In this document: one piece after another, positions 1 through 14,359 of the stretch
Layout of the letters: each line of letters opens with the position of its first letter
Numbering within the stretch: the stretch's first letter is position 1
Assembly (NCBI GenBank): GCA_951406725.2
Contig: OX597817.1
Location: forward strand, 42,408,001-42,472,000
Reading direction: 5' to 3'
DNA: 64,000 nt
Origin: Octopus vulgaris
Lineage: Eukaryota
The notes under the pieces: generated by a model
Told to the model about the DNA's origin: nothing
Databases searched by the model: none
What the model saw: the letters and a program-made list of their open reading frames with translations, nothing else
Position numbers and translations under genes: made by a program

Positions 1-44
1 TCAGCCCATTGTTATGGATGGTCATCTAGATTTGGGATACATGT

Positions 45-220
45 TTTATGTTCAAGCAAACCATGTCCAGCTTCTTATACCTGCCCTACAATGCCATTTT
101 AAAAATAAATAGTCACATCATCAAAATCTCAAAGCTACAAGATAGTGCATAATTAATCCAAAACAATGTAAACACATAAGCTTTACATTTGACAGAGAAA
201 TCTGAATGCTAAAAGGTTGA
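45..220 (-). mobile_element. Partial copy of the piggyBac-like MITE family seen intact at 54522-54740
   Basis: Reverse complement (aaccttttagcattcagatt...cattgtagggcagg...tgaacataaaac) aligns by eye with 54520-54695. Confidence 0.65.
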
Positions 221-277
221 CTATAACATATCACACATTCTGTCATATTGCATTGTTGGTTGCTTACAGTATCATTA

Positions 278-590
278 GTGGAAGCGCAATGGCCCAGTGG
301 TTAGGGCAGCAGACATGCGGTTGTAGGATCATGGTTTCGATTCCTAGACCGGACGTTGTGAGTATTTATTGAATGAAAACACCTAAAGCTCCAAGAGGCT
401 CCAACAGGGGCTGGTGATGAACCCTGCTGTATTCTTTCACTACAAATTTCTTTCGCTGAATCTCCCCGAGAACTACATTAAGGGTACACATGTCTGTGGA
501 GTGCTCAGCCACTTGCACGTTAATTTCACAAGCAGGTTGTTCCATTGATTGGATCAACTGGAATCCTCGTCGTCATAACCGGTGGAGTGC
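278..590 (+). mobile_element. tRNA-headed SINE, family B
   Basis: Head gtggaagcgcaatggcccagtggttagggcagc...ggtttcgattcc has Pol III A-box and B-box-like motifs; the same head recurs at about 3401, 7233, 41020 (-) and 56310. Confidence 0.8.
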
Positions 591-904
591 TACAGTATTA
601 TTGCCCTCAGGACATGTTGCTACTGTTTTGATAACTGACCTCATCATTTTCATTGTTTTAATGTCCTTTTCCATGATTACATGGATTGGATGGGGTTTAC
701 TGAGGCAGATTTCCAATGCTGGAGGCTGTTCCTGCTCTCAACTCTCACCTGTTTCCAAGCAAAGTGATGTTTCTTCATAACCGGACTTGTTCTCACTGAT
801 GAACACTGCTTGTATGATGGTGATGCTTGTTTACGACTATTGCATAATGTCAAGACATGGACACACACTCACTCACACACACACATTGGTCTTCTTTTAT
901 TTTC

Positions 905-1541
905 CGTGACCGGGACCTTTGGAAATATGCTGTGCTTGAAAACACTAAGCAAGCCAAGTGAGACCATAACCTCATGGCCTATGCCAGGGGTGTAACCAGC
1001 TCACTTATGTGTACCTTTCCTTTACTGGACACTAAACTCTGCTTGCAAAGACCTGTTGAGGTAATCGAAATCGAAATCAAATTCGATAACTGGCATCTGT
1101 GCTAGGGAAGTGCTAAGAGTACAAGCTGAGTGAGATCGTTGCCATAGCAGCAAACTGGCTTCCGTGCCAGTGGCACGTAAAAAACACCATTTGAGCGAGA
1201 TTGTTACCTGTGTCACCTTACTGGCACTTGTGCTGGTGGCATGTGAAAAACATTCGAATGAGGTTGTTGCCAGTGGCACTGAACTGGCTCCTGTGCAGGT
1301 GGCACATAAAAAGCACCATTTGAGCGAGGCCATTGCCAGTACCACCTGACTGGCCCTCGTGCCAGTGGCACGTAAAAGCACCCACTACACTCTTGGAGTG
1401 GTTGGCATTAGGAAGGGCATCCAGCTGTAGAAACTCTGCCAGATCAGATTGGAGCCTGGTGCAGCCATCTGGTTCACCAGACCTCAGTCAAATCGTCAAA
1501 CTCATACTAGCATGGAAAGTGGACATTAAACGATGATAATG
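905..1541 (+). mobile_element. 5'-truncated RTE LINE copy (last ORF codons plus 3' UTR)
   Basis: Starts with DRDLWKYAV codons matching the end of the 24475-25557 ORF; carries ~60 bp UTR units and ends agcatggaaagtggacattaaacgatgat. Confidence 0.85.
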
Positions 1542-3400
1542 ACTCCCAAATTCACTAGTATTGGCCTGAGATGAAGGCACATGGCTGAGTGGTTAAGGTA
1601 ATGAGTTCATGACTGTAAGGTCATGAGCTCAATTTCCGCCAGTGCCTCATGTCCTTGAGCAAGACACTTTATTTTATGTTGCTCCAGCTCTCTCAGCTAG
1701 CAAAAATAAGTTGTGTCATGCTGAATCTATCTGAGAACTCCTTTAAGGGTGCGCATATCTGTGGAGTGCTCAACCACTTGCATGTTAATTTCATGAGCAG
1801 GCTGTTCCATTGATCGGACCAACCAGAACTCTTATTGTCGTAACTGACAGAAAGCCAAGACTAAGATGATGGCGGAAGATGCTCACCCAAGGTATCATGC
1901 ACTGAGACTGAACCAGAAACCCTGTGATTGGTAAGCAATCTTCTGTATATAATTGCCATATTCCTCAGCCTAGAGGGTCTCTGACTTCAAAGATACACCT
2001 CAATTTTGATTGGAAAATTTTGAAAAAAAGACCCATATAAAAGCAAAACCCCTGCATTTTCCCAAAGGGCCTAAGTTCCTATGTTCTTAAGGGCATTAGC
2101 TCCTATGTTTTCTTTTACTTTTTAAAATACAAAGACTCAGTTAAATGATGATGATGGACTTCCAAACAGTTTCCATCAACCAAATTCACTCACAAGCCAT
2201 TGGTCAAAGCAGACCTACAGTAGAAGACACTTACCTGAGGTGCCACAGGGTGGGACTAAACCTGAAACCATGTGGTTACAAAGCAAGCTTCTTAACCACA
2301 CAGCCATGCCTGTGTAAGAATTTAGAAAAATTTGTTTGCAAAAAAAGAAAAAATTAGTTGTTTGCCTAACTTATTGTTTCAGATGATTCTTTAGATTAAA
2401 ATGAAACAAAACACAACCAACAAACGGTATTTCTACCTACAGGCAAACTGTTCCACAACTACACTTTTTAAAATTACGCAGATATATATAAACTGTTCTT
2501 TATATCTAAATAGCTTTGTGTTGTGCAATAACTTTTTTTCTTAAAACAAAACTCATTTTAATAAAATAATACTTAGAAATCAGAAGCCAAAAGAACAACA
2601 ACTTATAAGAAACTTATTTTATCTCTTTCTATTTTTCTGCATTTTTTCGGTTTTTGTATTTGAAAATCTAAAATTATTTTCATCCCAGTACATTTTTGGT
2701 TTTGTTTGAGTTTTAGTATTCTTTAACATACCGTTTCATCTTTTTGCTTCCCTTCCCTTTTTCTCTTTCTTTTACCTTTTATTTTATTCTATTTATTTTT
2801 TGCAATGATTCTATCACAAGAACAGTAAATGTCAGACTGCCATTTTAAATATCTATCTGTTTCCATGACAACCAGGTAACAGTTATTCAAGCAAAGCTAA
2901 TCTGTATAGACAAGTGCTTACATCTCAAACCACTTGCGTCTGACATATACAGTAATGAACAAGTAATAATATATCAAAATCTAATTACGATATAGAGCTA
3001 ATTATATAAAATATCAACATTTGCCTAATAATATTCATACATTTTTTCGACCTGTCTCAGTCTTCAATAAAATGTATAGACTTGTTATTTAATATAGAAA
3101 TATTATAAGAATATTTTCTTAGGAAATATGCATTAAAATATAAGCTTCAGTCCTTTTGGTTGTTGCTTGTGTTTTGTGCTTATAATTATTTTTGACATTT
3201 TCTTTTGTTGAAGTTTTCAAATGTCAGTGTTAGTTTTAGGCAGGCTAATATATTGATACGAAATGTATTCTGTTATGCAATTGTTTATATTTTAATTAAG
3301 AAAACATGTTATTATTCATTTGAAAAATATGAATTTTATAAACACATGAGGAAAATGTCTTTATGAGTGTATTACGTTAGTGTATTATGTTAGTGTGTTA

Positions 3401-3700
3401 TGAAAGGCCCAGTGGTTAGGGCAGCGGGCTCACGGTCGGAGGATCACGGTTTAGATTCCCAGACCAGCCATTGTGTGTATTTATTGAGCAAAAAACATCT
3501 AAAGCTACACAAGGTTCCGGCAGGGGGCGGTGGCAATCCCTGTTGTACTCTTTCGCCCCCAACTTTCTCTCACACTTTTTTCCTGTTTCTTGAATAACGC
3601 TGCAATGGACTGGCATCCTGTCCAGCTGGGGGAAACACATACGCCATAGAAACTGGGAAACCAGGCCCATGAGCCTGGCTAGGCTTGCAAAGGGTGCATA
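3401..3700 (+). mobile_element. SINE family B copy
   Basis: ggcccagtggttagggcagc head; body and tail nearly colinear with 56310-56612. Confidence 0.8.
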
Positions 3701-3858
3701 AATTAAAAAAATTATGAAAGGTATGGAAGGAAATACTGGAAACCTTTCAATGAATAATGTGAATATATACATGCGTGTGTGTGTATGTGTACATATTTAA
3801 ATACATACATGTATATAGATATCACACAATCTGTACACACATCTATGTACATGTATAG

Positions 3859-3892
<34 letters not shown>

Positions 3893-3922
3893 ACATAAAC
3901 ACACATATATGTGTACATATAT

Positions 3923-4247
3923 GCTGAGACCCCCTTTGGTCATGACTGACCATGGGATTGCACCTAGGGAGTTACCCTCCCAGGCACAAGTCCAGGCAAG
4001 GTTGTTTATGGAAGACCAGCAGTCGCCCATGCATACCAGCTTCCCCTCTCCACACCACTGATGTTATCCAAGGGAAAGGCAAAGGCTGATACAGCTTGGC
4101 ACCAGTGATGTTGCAACTCATTTCTACAGCTGAGTGAACTGGAGCAACATGAAATATAGTGTCTTGCTCAAGAATGCAACATGCGGCCCGGTCCGGGGAT
4201 TCGAACTCACAACCTCACAATCATGAGCTTGACACTCTAACCACTGA

Positions 4248-4250
<3 letters not shown>
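3923..4250 (-). mobile_element. tRNA-headed SINE (separate family) between microsatellites
   Basis: Minus strand begins ggctcagtggttagagtgtcaagctcatgattgtgaggttgtgagttcgaatcccc, a tRNA-like head with A and B boxes. Confidence 0.7.
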
Positions 4251-4301
<51 letters not shown>

Positions 4302-5104
4302 ATGTGTGTGTGAATTTAAAACGAGGATTTCCAAGGGTCTCCTTACATTTCATGTAATCTGTTAAAATCTCACCCTTTCACACCGCCCCAGCTTTCCAAT
4401 TTTTCCTTTTTCATTTTTCCTTTCTCAATTGTTAATCTCTCAGTCGTTATTTTCATTAATTTGTTCATTTCTCCTATCTTGTTCGCAAATGCCTTAACTT
4501 ATACTAACTTCTTTTAACTTCCTTTTCTTTGGTGTCCCCTGTTTTATTCAGATACTATACCTCACTCTCCCTTTTCACCTTCCCAACCACTTGGCATTAC
4601 CCTGTTTCTCTGTACTAGACCTTATGCTATCAGTTTCTTATGCCAAACTGCTAAGTTACAGGGACATAAACATAAAGGCGGTGCTCCAGCATGGCCACAG
4701 TCAAATAACAGAAAAAAATAAAAGAATAAAAGAAAAACCAACATCAGTTGTTAAATGGTGGGATGGGGGACAAACAGAAACACCCACACACATATATATA
4801 TATACACACACACACACACATAAGGAAATCAATAAAAAAAGATGAATTCAAAGACAAAAAGATATATACATTCGTAGTTAGCACCAGTGATGTTGGAAAG
4901 CACCCATGTGAGTGACACATAGAAGGTACCCATGCCAGTGACATGTAAAAGGCACTTAGTACACTCCATGGAGTGGTTGGCATTAGGAAGGACATCCAGC
5001 TGTAGAAACCAAACCAAGAATGGAGCTTGGCGCAGCTCTCTGGATTACTAATTCCAGTCAAACAATGTAATCCATACCAGCATAGAAAATGGACATTAAA
5101 TAAT

Positions 5105-5422
5105 GTAGGTTGGGGGCTCTGAAAGGAGTGTCAAGGAGTAGCATCCCTGCCTTCTTGAGCTAGTTTTCCACCGCATTTCTTAAAAATCCCTTGGTCTTGG
5201 GACTACTCATGTCTAGAAATTGAGGTTGGGAGTAAGCAAGGGTGTGCTACCCAGAGAAAATCCAGCTCCAAAAAACCATCATGATAGTAAAGGAGAGTGA
5301 GCACCAGCCAGCTCAAAGGTTGGGGTGGGTTGCACCTACCAACCTTGGTTGCTATGGCATTGAGGTAGATCCAGCCACCCCTCTTAACAGGGACAAAGCC
5401 CGGATTTAAAACCCTGGATGAT

Positions 5423-5424
<2 letters not shown>
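5105..5424 (+). mobile_element. Unclassified ~320 bp retroposon-like repeat ending in (GAT)n
   Basis: Colinear inverted copy at about 62830-63170; tail ggatttaaaaccctggatgatg. Confidence 0.65.
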
Positions 5425-5497
<73 letters not shown>

Positions 5498-5539
5498 TAT
5501 ATATATATATATGTATGTATATATATATATATATTTAAG

Positions 5540-5760
5540 TGTGGTCGATGCCAGTGTCACTTGACTGGCTCTAATGCTGGTAGCACATAAAAAGCACCCA
5601 CTACACTCTCAGAGTGGTTGGCATTAGGAAGGCCATCCAGTTGTAGAAACCTTGCCAGATCAGATTGGAGCCTGGTACAGCCACCCAGCGTGCCAGTCCT
5701 CAGTCAAACCATCCAACCCATGCCAACATGAAAAGTGAACATTAAACGATTATGATGATA
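5540..5760 (+). mobile_element. RTE 3'-end copy
   Basis: aaaagcacccactacactctcagagtggttggcattaggaag...ccatgccaacatg...attaaacgat; same tail as 26110-26288. Confidence 0.8.
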
Positions 5761-6235
5761 TATATACATATACACACATTAGCAAATCAATAACAAAAGA
5801 TGAATTCAAAGGCAAAAACTACAAAAGTTCAAGGAGAGCATTCAGTGAATATTATTAGTTTGAAGCTCAAAGAGAAAAGTTATGAAGTGAAAGAGGAAAA
5901 GTATGATGCTTCAGGCATAGCCCTTTGTTGGATTTACAGATAAAAGTCCAGAGAAGAGGAGAAAGAAGGAAGAAGATAGGAAGAGAGAGTCAGGAAGGAG
6001 AAAACACTTGTGTGTAACTTACATGTTTGATCACTGGGTAACCAGGAGTTTGAGAGAAAATTGTGGTTTTTAATGGCTGGAGAGTGCATATTGGTTTGTG
6101 TATGTGCTGTAAAATTGTATGTGTATGTGCATGTGTGAGTACCCATGTGTGGAGGTACTTGTGTATATAGTGTGTGTATATATATACAAATAATATATAA
6201 ATGTATATGCATACATACATATATACATACATACA

Positions 6236-6268
<33 letters not shown>

Positions 6269-6612
6269 GTTCATACATATATATGTATATACATATGCAT
6301 ATATGGGCACAGGACACCTCAGAAAGTAAACAACATGAAATATGAAATACAAAAACATGGAATACAAACTATTTTGTGAACAAGAAACAAATGGAAAACA
6401 AGACAAACAACATATAAAAACGACCCTTCATCAGTTGTTGGCTGTTTTTCTACTATGTATTTCATATGAGTTGTAGGTTATGCAACTGTCTGAGGGATAG
6501 ATGTATCCGTAAGCACTACTGGTGTATTACCTAACTATGTATAGGCCTGCTATAAGGTTAAGAGTAGTTGGTAGTTTAAATGGTAAACTGCAGTTTAATA
6601 TATTCAGATATC

Positions 6613-6656
<44 letters not shown>

Positions 6657-6659
<3 letters not shown>

Positions 6660-6890
6660 TCATCATCATCATTTAGCATCCGCTTTCCATGCTAGCATGG
6701 GTTGGACGGTTCAACTGGGGATTGGGAAGCCAGAAGGCTGCACCAGGCCCAGTCTGATCTGGCAATGTTTCTACGGCTGGATGCCCTTCCTAATGCCAAC
6801 CACTCCATGAGTGTAGTGGGTGCTTTTTACATGCCACCGGCACAGGTGCCAGACGGGGCTGGCAAACGGCCACGGTCGGATGGTGCTTAT
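6657..6890 (-). mobile_element. RTE 3'-end copy
   Basis: (cat)n followed by ccgctttccatgctagcatggg...ggatgcccttcctaatgccaaccactcc. Confidence 0.8.
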
Positions 6891-7183
6891 GGCCTCAGTA
6901 AATTTTATTTTACTGGAATAAATCAGAAACCATGGTCCGGGAATTGAATTAGATGGTAAATGTTTTTATTTTTCATTCCCTTCGAGAATTTATCCCTAAT
7001 TAGTGGCTTCAACTTTAACTGTTCTTTCTAGCGCAAGGCATTCCTATGATAAGAGCCTCTTAATGTGTTTTAATGTACATGATATTTTATATGAATAATA
7101 TATAGTCTATTGACTAAATTTTTTTTGCACTAGACCACAGATGGTAAAAATTTCTATAATTCTTATTATTACCCTAATAATAT

Positions 7184-7232
<49 letters not shown>

Positions 7233-7233
<1 letters not shown>

Positions 7234-7610
7234 TGGAGGCTCAATGGCCCAATTAGGGCAGCTGACTCATGGCCATAGGATCACAGCTTCAATTCCCAGA
7301 TCAGGCGTTGTGAGTGTTTATTGAGCAATAGCACTTAAAGCTCCATGAGACTCCAGCAGGGGGTGGGTGGCAAACCTTGCTGTACTCTTTCATCACAACT
7401 TTCTCTCACTCTTTCTTTCTGTTTCTGTTGTCCCTGTATTTCAAAGGGCCAGCCTTGTCACACTTTGTGTCATGCTGAATCTCCCTGAGAACTACATTAA
7501 GGGTATACGTGTCTGTGGAGTGCTCAGCCACTTGTATGTTAACTTCATGAGCAAGCTGTTCCGTTTATTGGATCAACTGGAACCCTCATCGTCGTAACTG
7601 ATGGAGTGCT
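7233..7610 (+). mobile_element. SINE family B copy
   Basis: Colinear with 278-590. Confidence 0.75.
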
Positions 7611-8322
7611 GAAGTATATACGTATATATGATATTTACCATGTGAACTATGATGAAGAAAATATAAGAAAGATATGGTATATAATTTTTTTTGTTCAAAG
7701 GTTCCTTGAAACATGTAATTTATTTTAAGAGTTATGCAAGGGTAAAAAGGTTGAGAAACACTGCAATAAGGTGTCCATATTCACCATTAAGTGTGTGTAT
7801 ATTTGTACGTTTATTGATAAATTCATATTTCATTCAAATGAGGCATAGAAGAAGTAAGCAGTCTTCATTCCCATACCTTCTAAGTTGTGAGTCACAGACC
7901 AGTAAGGACTGATGCATGGGGTAACATGCCATCATACCAAATTAGAGACCATGATGTAATATAAATATCTGGATTAATGCTACATGTCCTGAACAGACTC
8001 CATGTTAGATTGTACAGTGAGATCTGGAGAGTCGTTCAGTCATTTTGGCAATCTCCTACATTCTCATACAAACTCACTTGATTTGATTTTATCATGCCAA
8101 TCCACATGTGACCACCCTTATTTCCATGATATAAACTTCCTGTTTGGTTCTTGTGCTAACACAATCTAAATTAAGATCATCTATTAAAATTCAATGTTAA
8201 TTTTGTTCCAAAAATCAGCTTAACAATTCTTCATAATTTTAAAAAATTAATTGCAACGAAGGTATTGTATTTCACCAGAACTGTAATAACAAAATTGTTT
8301 AAAGAATATTTTTACCATTTTT

Positions 8323-8743
8323 AAGGCAGCGAGCTGGCAGAAACATTAGCACGCCGGGCGAAATGCTTAGCAGTATTTCGTCTGTCTTTACGTTCTGAGT
8401 TCAAATTCTGTCGAGGTTGACTTTCATCCTTTCAGGGTTGATTAAATAAGTACCAGTTACACACTGGGGTCGATGTAATCGACTTAATCCCTTTGTCTGT
8501 CTTTGTTTATCCCCTCTATGTTTAGCCCCTTGTGAAGAATAAAGAAATAAGAAACGTTAGCATGCCAGGTGAAATGCTTAGCGGTATTTCATCTGTCTTT
8601 ACATTCTGAGTTCAAATTCTGCTGAGGTCAACTTTGCCTTTCATCCTTTCGAGGTCGATAAATTAAGTACCAGTTGTGTATTGGAGTCGATCTAATCGAC
8701 TGGTCCCCTTCCCAAAAATTTCAGGCCTTGTGCCTAGAGTAGA
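8323..8743 (+). mobile_element. SINE family C (internally duplicated) with 22 bp target-site duplication
   Basis: Head aaggcagcgagctggcagaaac; B-box-like gagttcaaattc twice; aaagaatatttttaccattttt at 8301-8322 and 8744-8765. Confidence 0.85.
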
Positions 8744-8994
8744 AAAGAATATTTTTACCATTTTTATATATTTCTACAAGTAAAGTTTACTTTTGGAGAA
8801 CCATTGCCTTTGAAGTTTCCAGTGTTTGCCATTTATCTTCAAAGTGCTTATCATAATGTTCTGCTTATTGTTTCAAAAGAAAATCTTTGTCCATAAGAAG
8901 ACGGCATTATTTGAAGAGCTTAGAGAAGGCTGAGTCTATTAAATTTGGCTGTGTACTGTATACTGGCACTCATAAAAGACAGATGATTCTGGCA

Positions 8995-9405
8995 TTTATA
9001 CACACATACACATATACACACATGCACACATATATGCACATACGTACACATATTATGCACATACGTACACATATTCAACATGCACATACAAACGTGCACA
9101 TACATTCATATGCATATACACACATGCATGTGCATATGAACACAAATATACATGTGCATGAAAACATGCATGTGCGCACAAGCATTTGTGTGTATATACT
9201 AGTGTACATATGCATGCAGATGCACCCACATGTACACACCTATATACATACACATGTGCACTCACACATGTGCATGTAGATGCACCCACATGTCCATATA
9301 CCAGCACACATATACATGCATTCATACAAATATATGCATGCATGCACATACATGCATGCACACACATGCATGCATGTGCATACACATACACCCATGCACG
9401 TACAT
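8995..9405. repeat. Degenerate (CA/TA/CATG) alternating purine-pyrimidine tract
   Basis: Seen directly; explains the His/Met/Cys-rich ORFs here. Confidence 0.85.
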
Positions 9406-10247
9406 AGTAGGTTCTTCATATGTAATACATCATTAAAACTAAAGCATCTTATCAGCCTGATGTGCATCTGTATGTCTATGCATTTATATGTATGTATTGC
9501 ATATTGACATTTACATCGATACGCATAAATGTATGCATGTGTGCACGTGAATAAGGATGTCTCATTCTACCTGACAAGGCAACTGGTGTCTAGAATGATT
9601 TTAGAAATGAAAGCTGGATTCACTTCACAGAGATATTGCTCATAGATATTCCCTGTTAAAAGGTTGTCTTTTCTACTTCTGCATCTTGATGGGTTTGCTC
9701 TGGGCTAACATGTAAGCATGCATGTGTGTATGTATCTGTGAACACATCTGTGTGTGTGTGTGTGTTAGTGTATGTGTGAGAGAGAGTGAGAGCTTGTGTG
9801 TATGTGCATACATGTGCGTATGAATCAATTCTGATGTTCCAAAAAAAAAATACCATTTCTGCAACATCCAGGATGTCAAACGTAACTACACCAACTTCTC
9901 AAAAATCCTACAAATAACCCTCTACTAGAAAAATCTTCAAAACTCATCTCCATGAGAAATCTTATCTAAAATGCCTCAAGTAAGAAAAACTCTTCATCAA
10001 TAATTATAGTCGATCTCTTCCAAAATATTACCCAGTCTAACCTAAACATCTGACCTTTCAATGATTGCATTTCTGGCAAATACCATCTCTTAGATTACAG
10101 TGCACAAATCCTGGAATTCATATTTTAATCTTCCACACAATTCTTATTGGTTGAATAAGCTGACATTACTGCTAAAGGAACTGGGGTTTTTTTTTAAGTT
10201 TTCTATTTTCAGTATTATATTTACACACACACACACAGATTTATGAA

Positions 10248-10540
10248 ACCACCACTACCATCATCATCACCATTATCATCATAATTGTCACTATCAGCAT
10301 CACCACTACCACACCATCACCACTGCTACCACCATCATCATCATCTTCATTATCACCCACCTCATCATTGTCGTCATCATCATAATCATCATCATTGTCA
10401 TCATCATCATCATCATCATCATCATTATCCTCATCATAATCATCATCATTGTCATCATCATTATCCTCATCATCATCATCATCATCATCATCATTATCCT
10501 CATCATCATCATCATCATTGTCATTGTCATCATCATCATG
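10248..10540. repeat. (CAT)n/(CAC)n trinucleotide microsatellite
   Basis: Seen directly. Confidence 0.9.
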
Positions 10541-11077
10541 AATCATGCACTCACTTTCTGTCCTGCATCAGGTGGGTCATGATAGACCAGGTAATGTTCA
10601 TTCAAGGTCACAGCCCACTTGTATGAGTTGGAGGACTATATCTTGTTCATATGTTCATATGAGTTTGACATAGTTTTTATTGTTAGATGCCTTTCCTTTA
10701 TAGCGGTGTTTCTCAAACATTTTTTGTCTATGGACTACTTTGATTCCTATTTTCTCAGATGGCTCTCATTGCCATTCAATGTTTAAGAAATCGTATTATA
10801 TTTTCATAATTAAATGTTATTAGGAATTGTATTAAAAAAAAACTGTTAAAATATCTTGTATATTGTAGAAGTATAAGGACCCCAGTTGAGAACCACAGGC
10901 TTTCAGAGTGTTACTGAGTTTTGTTTTAGTCCTGCTGGGTTTCTAGCAATCCTCCTCGCCAGGTAAGCCTAGTGCAAGTGCTGGTTTTGTTGTCAATCAC
11001 CAGACCATGCAACAGATTGTACTAGACTCCATGTTACCAGTAGCACCTATGAGAGACCTCACAAGTGACCTGACATT

Positions 11078-11372
11078 CATCATCAACATCATCATCATCA
11101 TTTAACGTCTGCTTTCCATGCTAGCATGGGTTGGACGGTTTGACTGAGGACTGGCAAACCAGTGGGCTGCACCAGGCTCCAATCTGATCTGGCAAGGTTT
11201 CTACAGCTGGATGCCCTTCCTATTACCAACCATTCCAAGAGTGTAGTGGGTGCTTTTTATGTGCCACTGGCATGGGAGCCAGTCAGGCAGCACTGCCATC
11301 GACCCCATTCAGATGGTGCTTTTTACATGCCACGCCACCAGCACAGGAACCAATCGAGGGGCACTGGCATCA
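11078..11372 (-). mobile_element. RTE 3'-end copy
   Basis: (cat)n tttaacgtctgctttccatgctagcatggg..., same family as 25558-26288. Confidence 0.8.
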
Positions 11373-11627
11373 ACCTAATATATCTTGAATAGGAAATCTT
11401 TATCATTAAATACATAAAACTGTTTCACAATTTATTCCAGTCTTCTTTAACATTTTGATTTAATACAATACACAAAATATCAATCAATTCACATCTGATA
11501 ATTTTTTCCTATTCCTCTTTCCCTTTCTGATTCTTCAAAATTGTATTCATTTGTCAGGTGGAATTAAACCAAAACTATTGGATATTTTGGCCAAATAAAT
11601 AAGGAAAATTCTTTAGTTCGTGAATTG

Positions 11628-11674
<47 letters not shown>

Positions 11675-12794
11675 CAATTCACAGAATCTGAACTGCATTT
11701 GAAAAAAAGAAAAATTTGCGTCAATTTGTCAAACTCAAGATGAAATGTTAAATAGCTTAGAGAAAGATAAAATTGGTAAAGCTCTCAGAAGACATTGCTT
11801 GTGAAATGTCCCAACTAAGTGATTAATTTAGAATTTATGAAAACTCATTGCTATAGTTAGCTATTCCACACTGAAATTTTTAAGAATCCTAAGAAAAATT
11901 GATAAAAATAAAATGAAGTAAATTCTGTTGCTATGTTGTAAGGGTTTTTTTTTTTGTTTTTCTTTTCTTTTTTTCTTTTTTGCATTTGTGAAATGAGAAC
12001 ATTCAATTCATTTAGTTTTGATATTCAATGATGTTTCTTGCTCTTGACAAGAGAAGTCTGATGTTAGTGTCATTGATTTTAAAGATCTAATTATAATTAA
12101 TATCAAGTAAATGAATCTAGGATCTCATCATTACAAGATATTATGTAAAGGAAATATTTTAAATTGAGAAAGCAAAATTAGAATTTACAATTTGTTTAGT
12201 ATTAAGTACTAACCGATGAAGATTTCTTTCTTTAGAACAATGCCCTCACCACAGCACACACACTTTTTTTATATATGAAGCAAATATTTTAATTTATGAA
12301 ATTAATTGCAGAATTTTACTGTGACTTATTCTACAGATTCAGGTGTGTCTCTTGAAATTTTACAATTAGCTTTCTCAAATTCTGTACATTAGATATGAAC
12401 TGTACTATCAAGTCCAGTTTTCTACCAAATTCACCCTCACCTGCATCAGCACTTATGCTACTGAGGAAACCTTTATGTGGTCAAATTACCTGCTGGAAAT
12501 AGCAAGCAAATCTCTCTTTTCAATCACACCCTGCTACTTTTAACAAAGAAGGACAAGCTGAATAATGCAGTACCAGATATACTGTGAGTGAAAAATAAAT
12601 ACACAGATATGGATTAGAAATACTAAGCAATGATTTATGTAAATACAAACTTGTCACTAGTTCAAATATGTCTGAGACATATTTAAACCAGTATTTTACT
12701 ATGGCCAGGCAGCCAGTTGGTGCCATCGGTCACAGTATTTTTTTTTTTTTTTGCAATCTCTGAAGTGACACCTAGTCTCATAGTCAGTCTAGAG

Positions 12795-13132
12795 CATTGG
12801 TTCTCAACCAAGATTCATATGGCTCCTTAGAGTCAATATAAGATTTTGGGGGTCAGCAAAATAGTAAATTAGGGGCCCACAATATTAAGGGTCGCTGAAA
12901 AAATTTTGCTTTAGATGTGTTTATTGGTATGTAAGAAACAACTAGGTTTCTTTCTCTAACATTTTACATAGTTCAACCTACACAAGTCAATGTGTGAATG
13001 GCAAAATAAGAATTTTGAAAGAAGATTCTATAAAACTAGTCTTTAGACATCAAATGGCTGTAGGCGGGGGTCCACTGGACTAAAATAATAACCAAAGGGG
13101 TCCATAGATAAAAAAATGGTTGAGAACCCCTG
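12795..13132. mobile_element. hAT (Charlie/Buster-like) MITE
   Basis: TIRs cattggttctcaacc / ggttgagaacccctg (13/15) and a perfect 8 bp TSD gtctagag at 12787-12794 and 13133-13140. Confidence 0.9.
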
Positions 13133-13998
13133 GTCTAGAGTCACCTCTCTTTTCAGTGTTCAATGCTGAAGAGATGATAGCTGTTATGAAATGCATGCAT
13201 CCATCGATTTAGGTAGGGGTTACTCCGAATGGACCTGGTGTTTTTAACCCCTTTTTCTCAACAGTGAGAATTTTTCTCCATGACAAAATGCAGTGAATGA
13301 CTTTTTACAATTATGGTAACAAGTATATTAACAAAGGGATGTTCATGGCTGGAAATGCCTTTCACCATGAAGCTGCTAAATCGGTACTGACCAGGGGTTA
13401 AACAACAACAGTAGCACTAAATACAACACAGTCTATAAATATCTGTCTTGCATCAAGGATTTTAATACTCTATTACTTGCATTATAGTTTACTAAATGCT
13501 TTGCATTCAAAATCATTTACAGTCATTTTCCAGTCTCGACTCCCACTTCTACTTCTAATAATGAATTAGTTGCTCATTTAACAGAGTCTAACTTTTCCAC
13601 ATAAACAGTTTTGGCATATTACAATTATTTTATGTATAAATGGCTCAAGTGTACTAAAGTAATTGTACATGATTATGTAATCAAAAACTACTCTGTATTA
13701 CGTGTCTATCTACTGGTTACACTACCTATCCAATGCTGTCGTTATTTACTGACCAAACAAGAACTTCCCTTCCTTTTCTATTGAATACCTTGCATGACAA
13801 CTGTGCAATGTCTAGATATCTGCTGTATTCATTTCACAAGCCTTTTCAGTTATATTTCCTGATTTCAGACAGGTATTTGTTGTCACATTGATTTTTCTAT
13901 GAAACTACGTTGGCAGTGTTAACAATATTGGTATTGTCTTTTTCAATATAAATGTAACTGAAGCCAGTATATCATATATTCTTACATTTGCAAATAGA

Positions 13999-14050
<52 letters not shown>

Positions 14051-14359
14051 ATATCGTTCTTATCACAGGTGGATTAATAACCATCACCTGCCTACACAAA
14101 GTTGTAGTCTTATATGCTAAAAAATCTAAACAGATATTATTTGGAGACCCTTTTATTCAAAATCCCAAACATTTGACAGCAATATTACTAGCATCCATGA
14201 AAATAGGTTTAATTATCTTTCATAATGATGCAGTGTTGGGGGTGTATTCAAATTGTGTTCCTTCTGCCAAAAGTCCAGTCGTTTATCTATCCAAACATTA
14301 CCCTTCTTATATCAATTTAATCTTTGCTTCTATCATATTAACGTCTTCATAGAACATTT

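Noticed and set aside
278-350. tRNA gene
   Set aside because: The tRNA-like head continues into a repeated SINE body; no convincing cloverleaf acceptor stem.
2859-2872. RFX X-box-like motif gtttccatgacaac
   Set aside because: Single imperfect motif with no supported promoter or gene nearby.
5904-5932. Possible hammerhead relic on the minus strand (gggc tat gcct gaagcatc)
   Set aside because: Too many core substitutions must be assumed.
6420-6470. ctgatgaaggg on the minus strand as a hammerhead core
   Set aside because: No matching stem II/GAAA could be placed.
8887-9507. His/Cys-rich ORFs resembling metal-binding proteins
   Set aside because: Open in several frames on both strands because of degenerate dinucleotide repeats.
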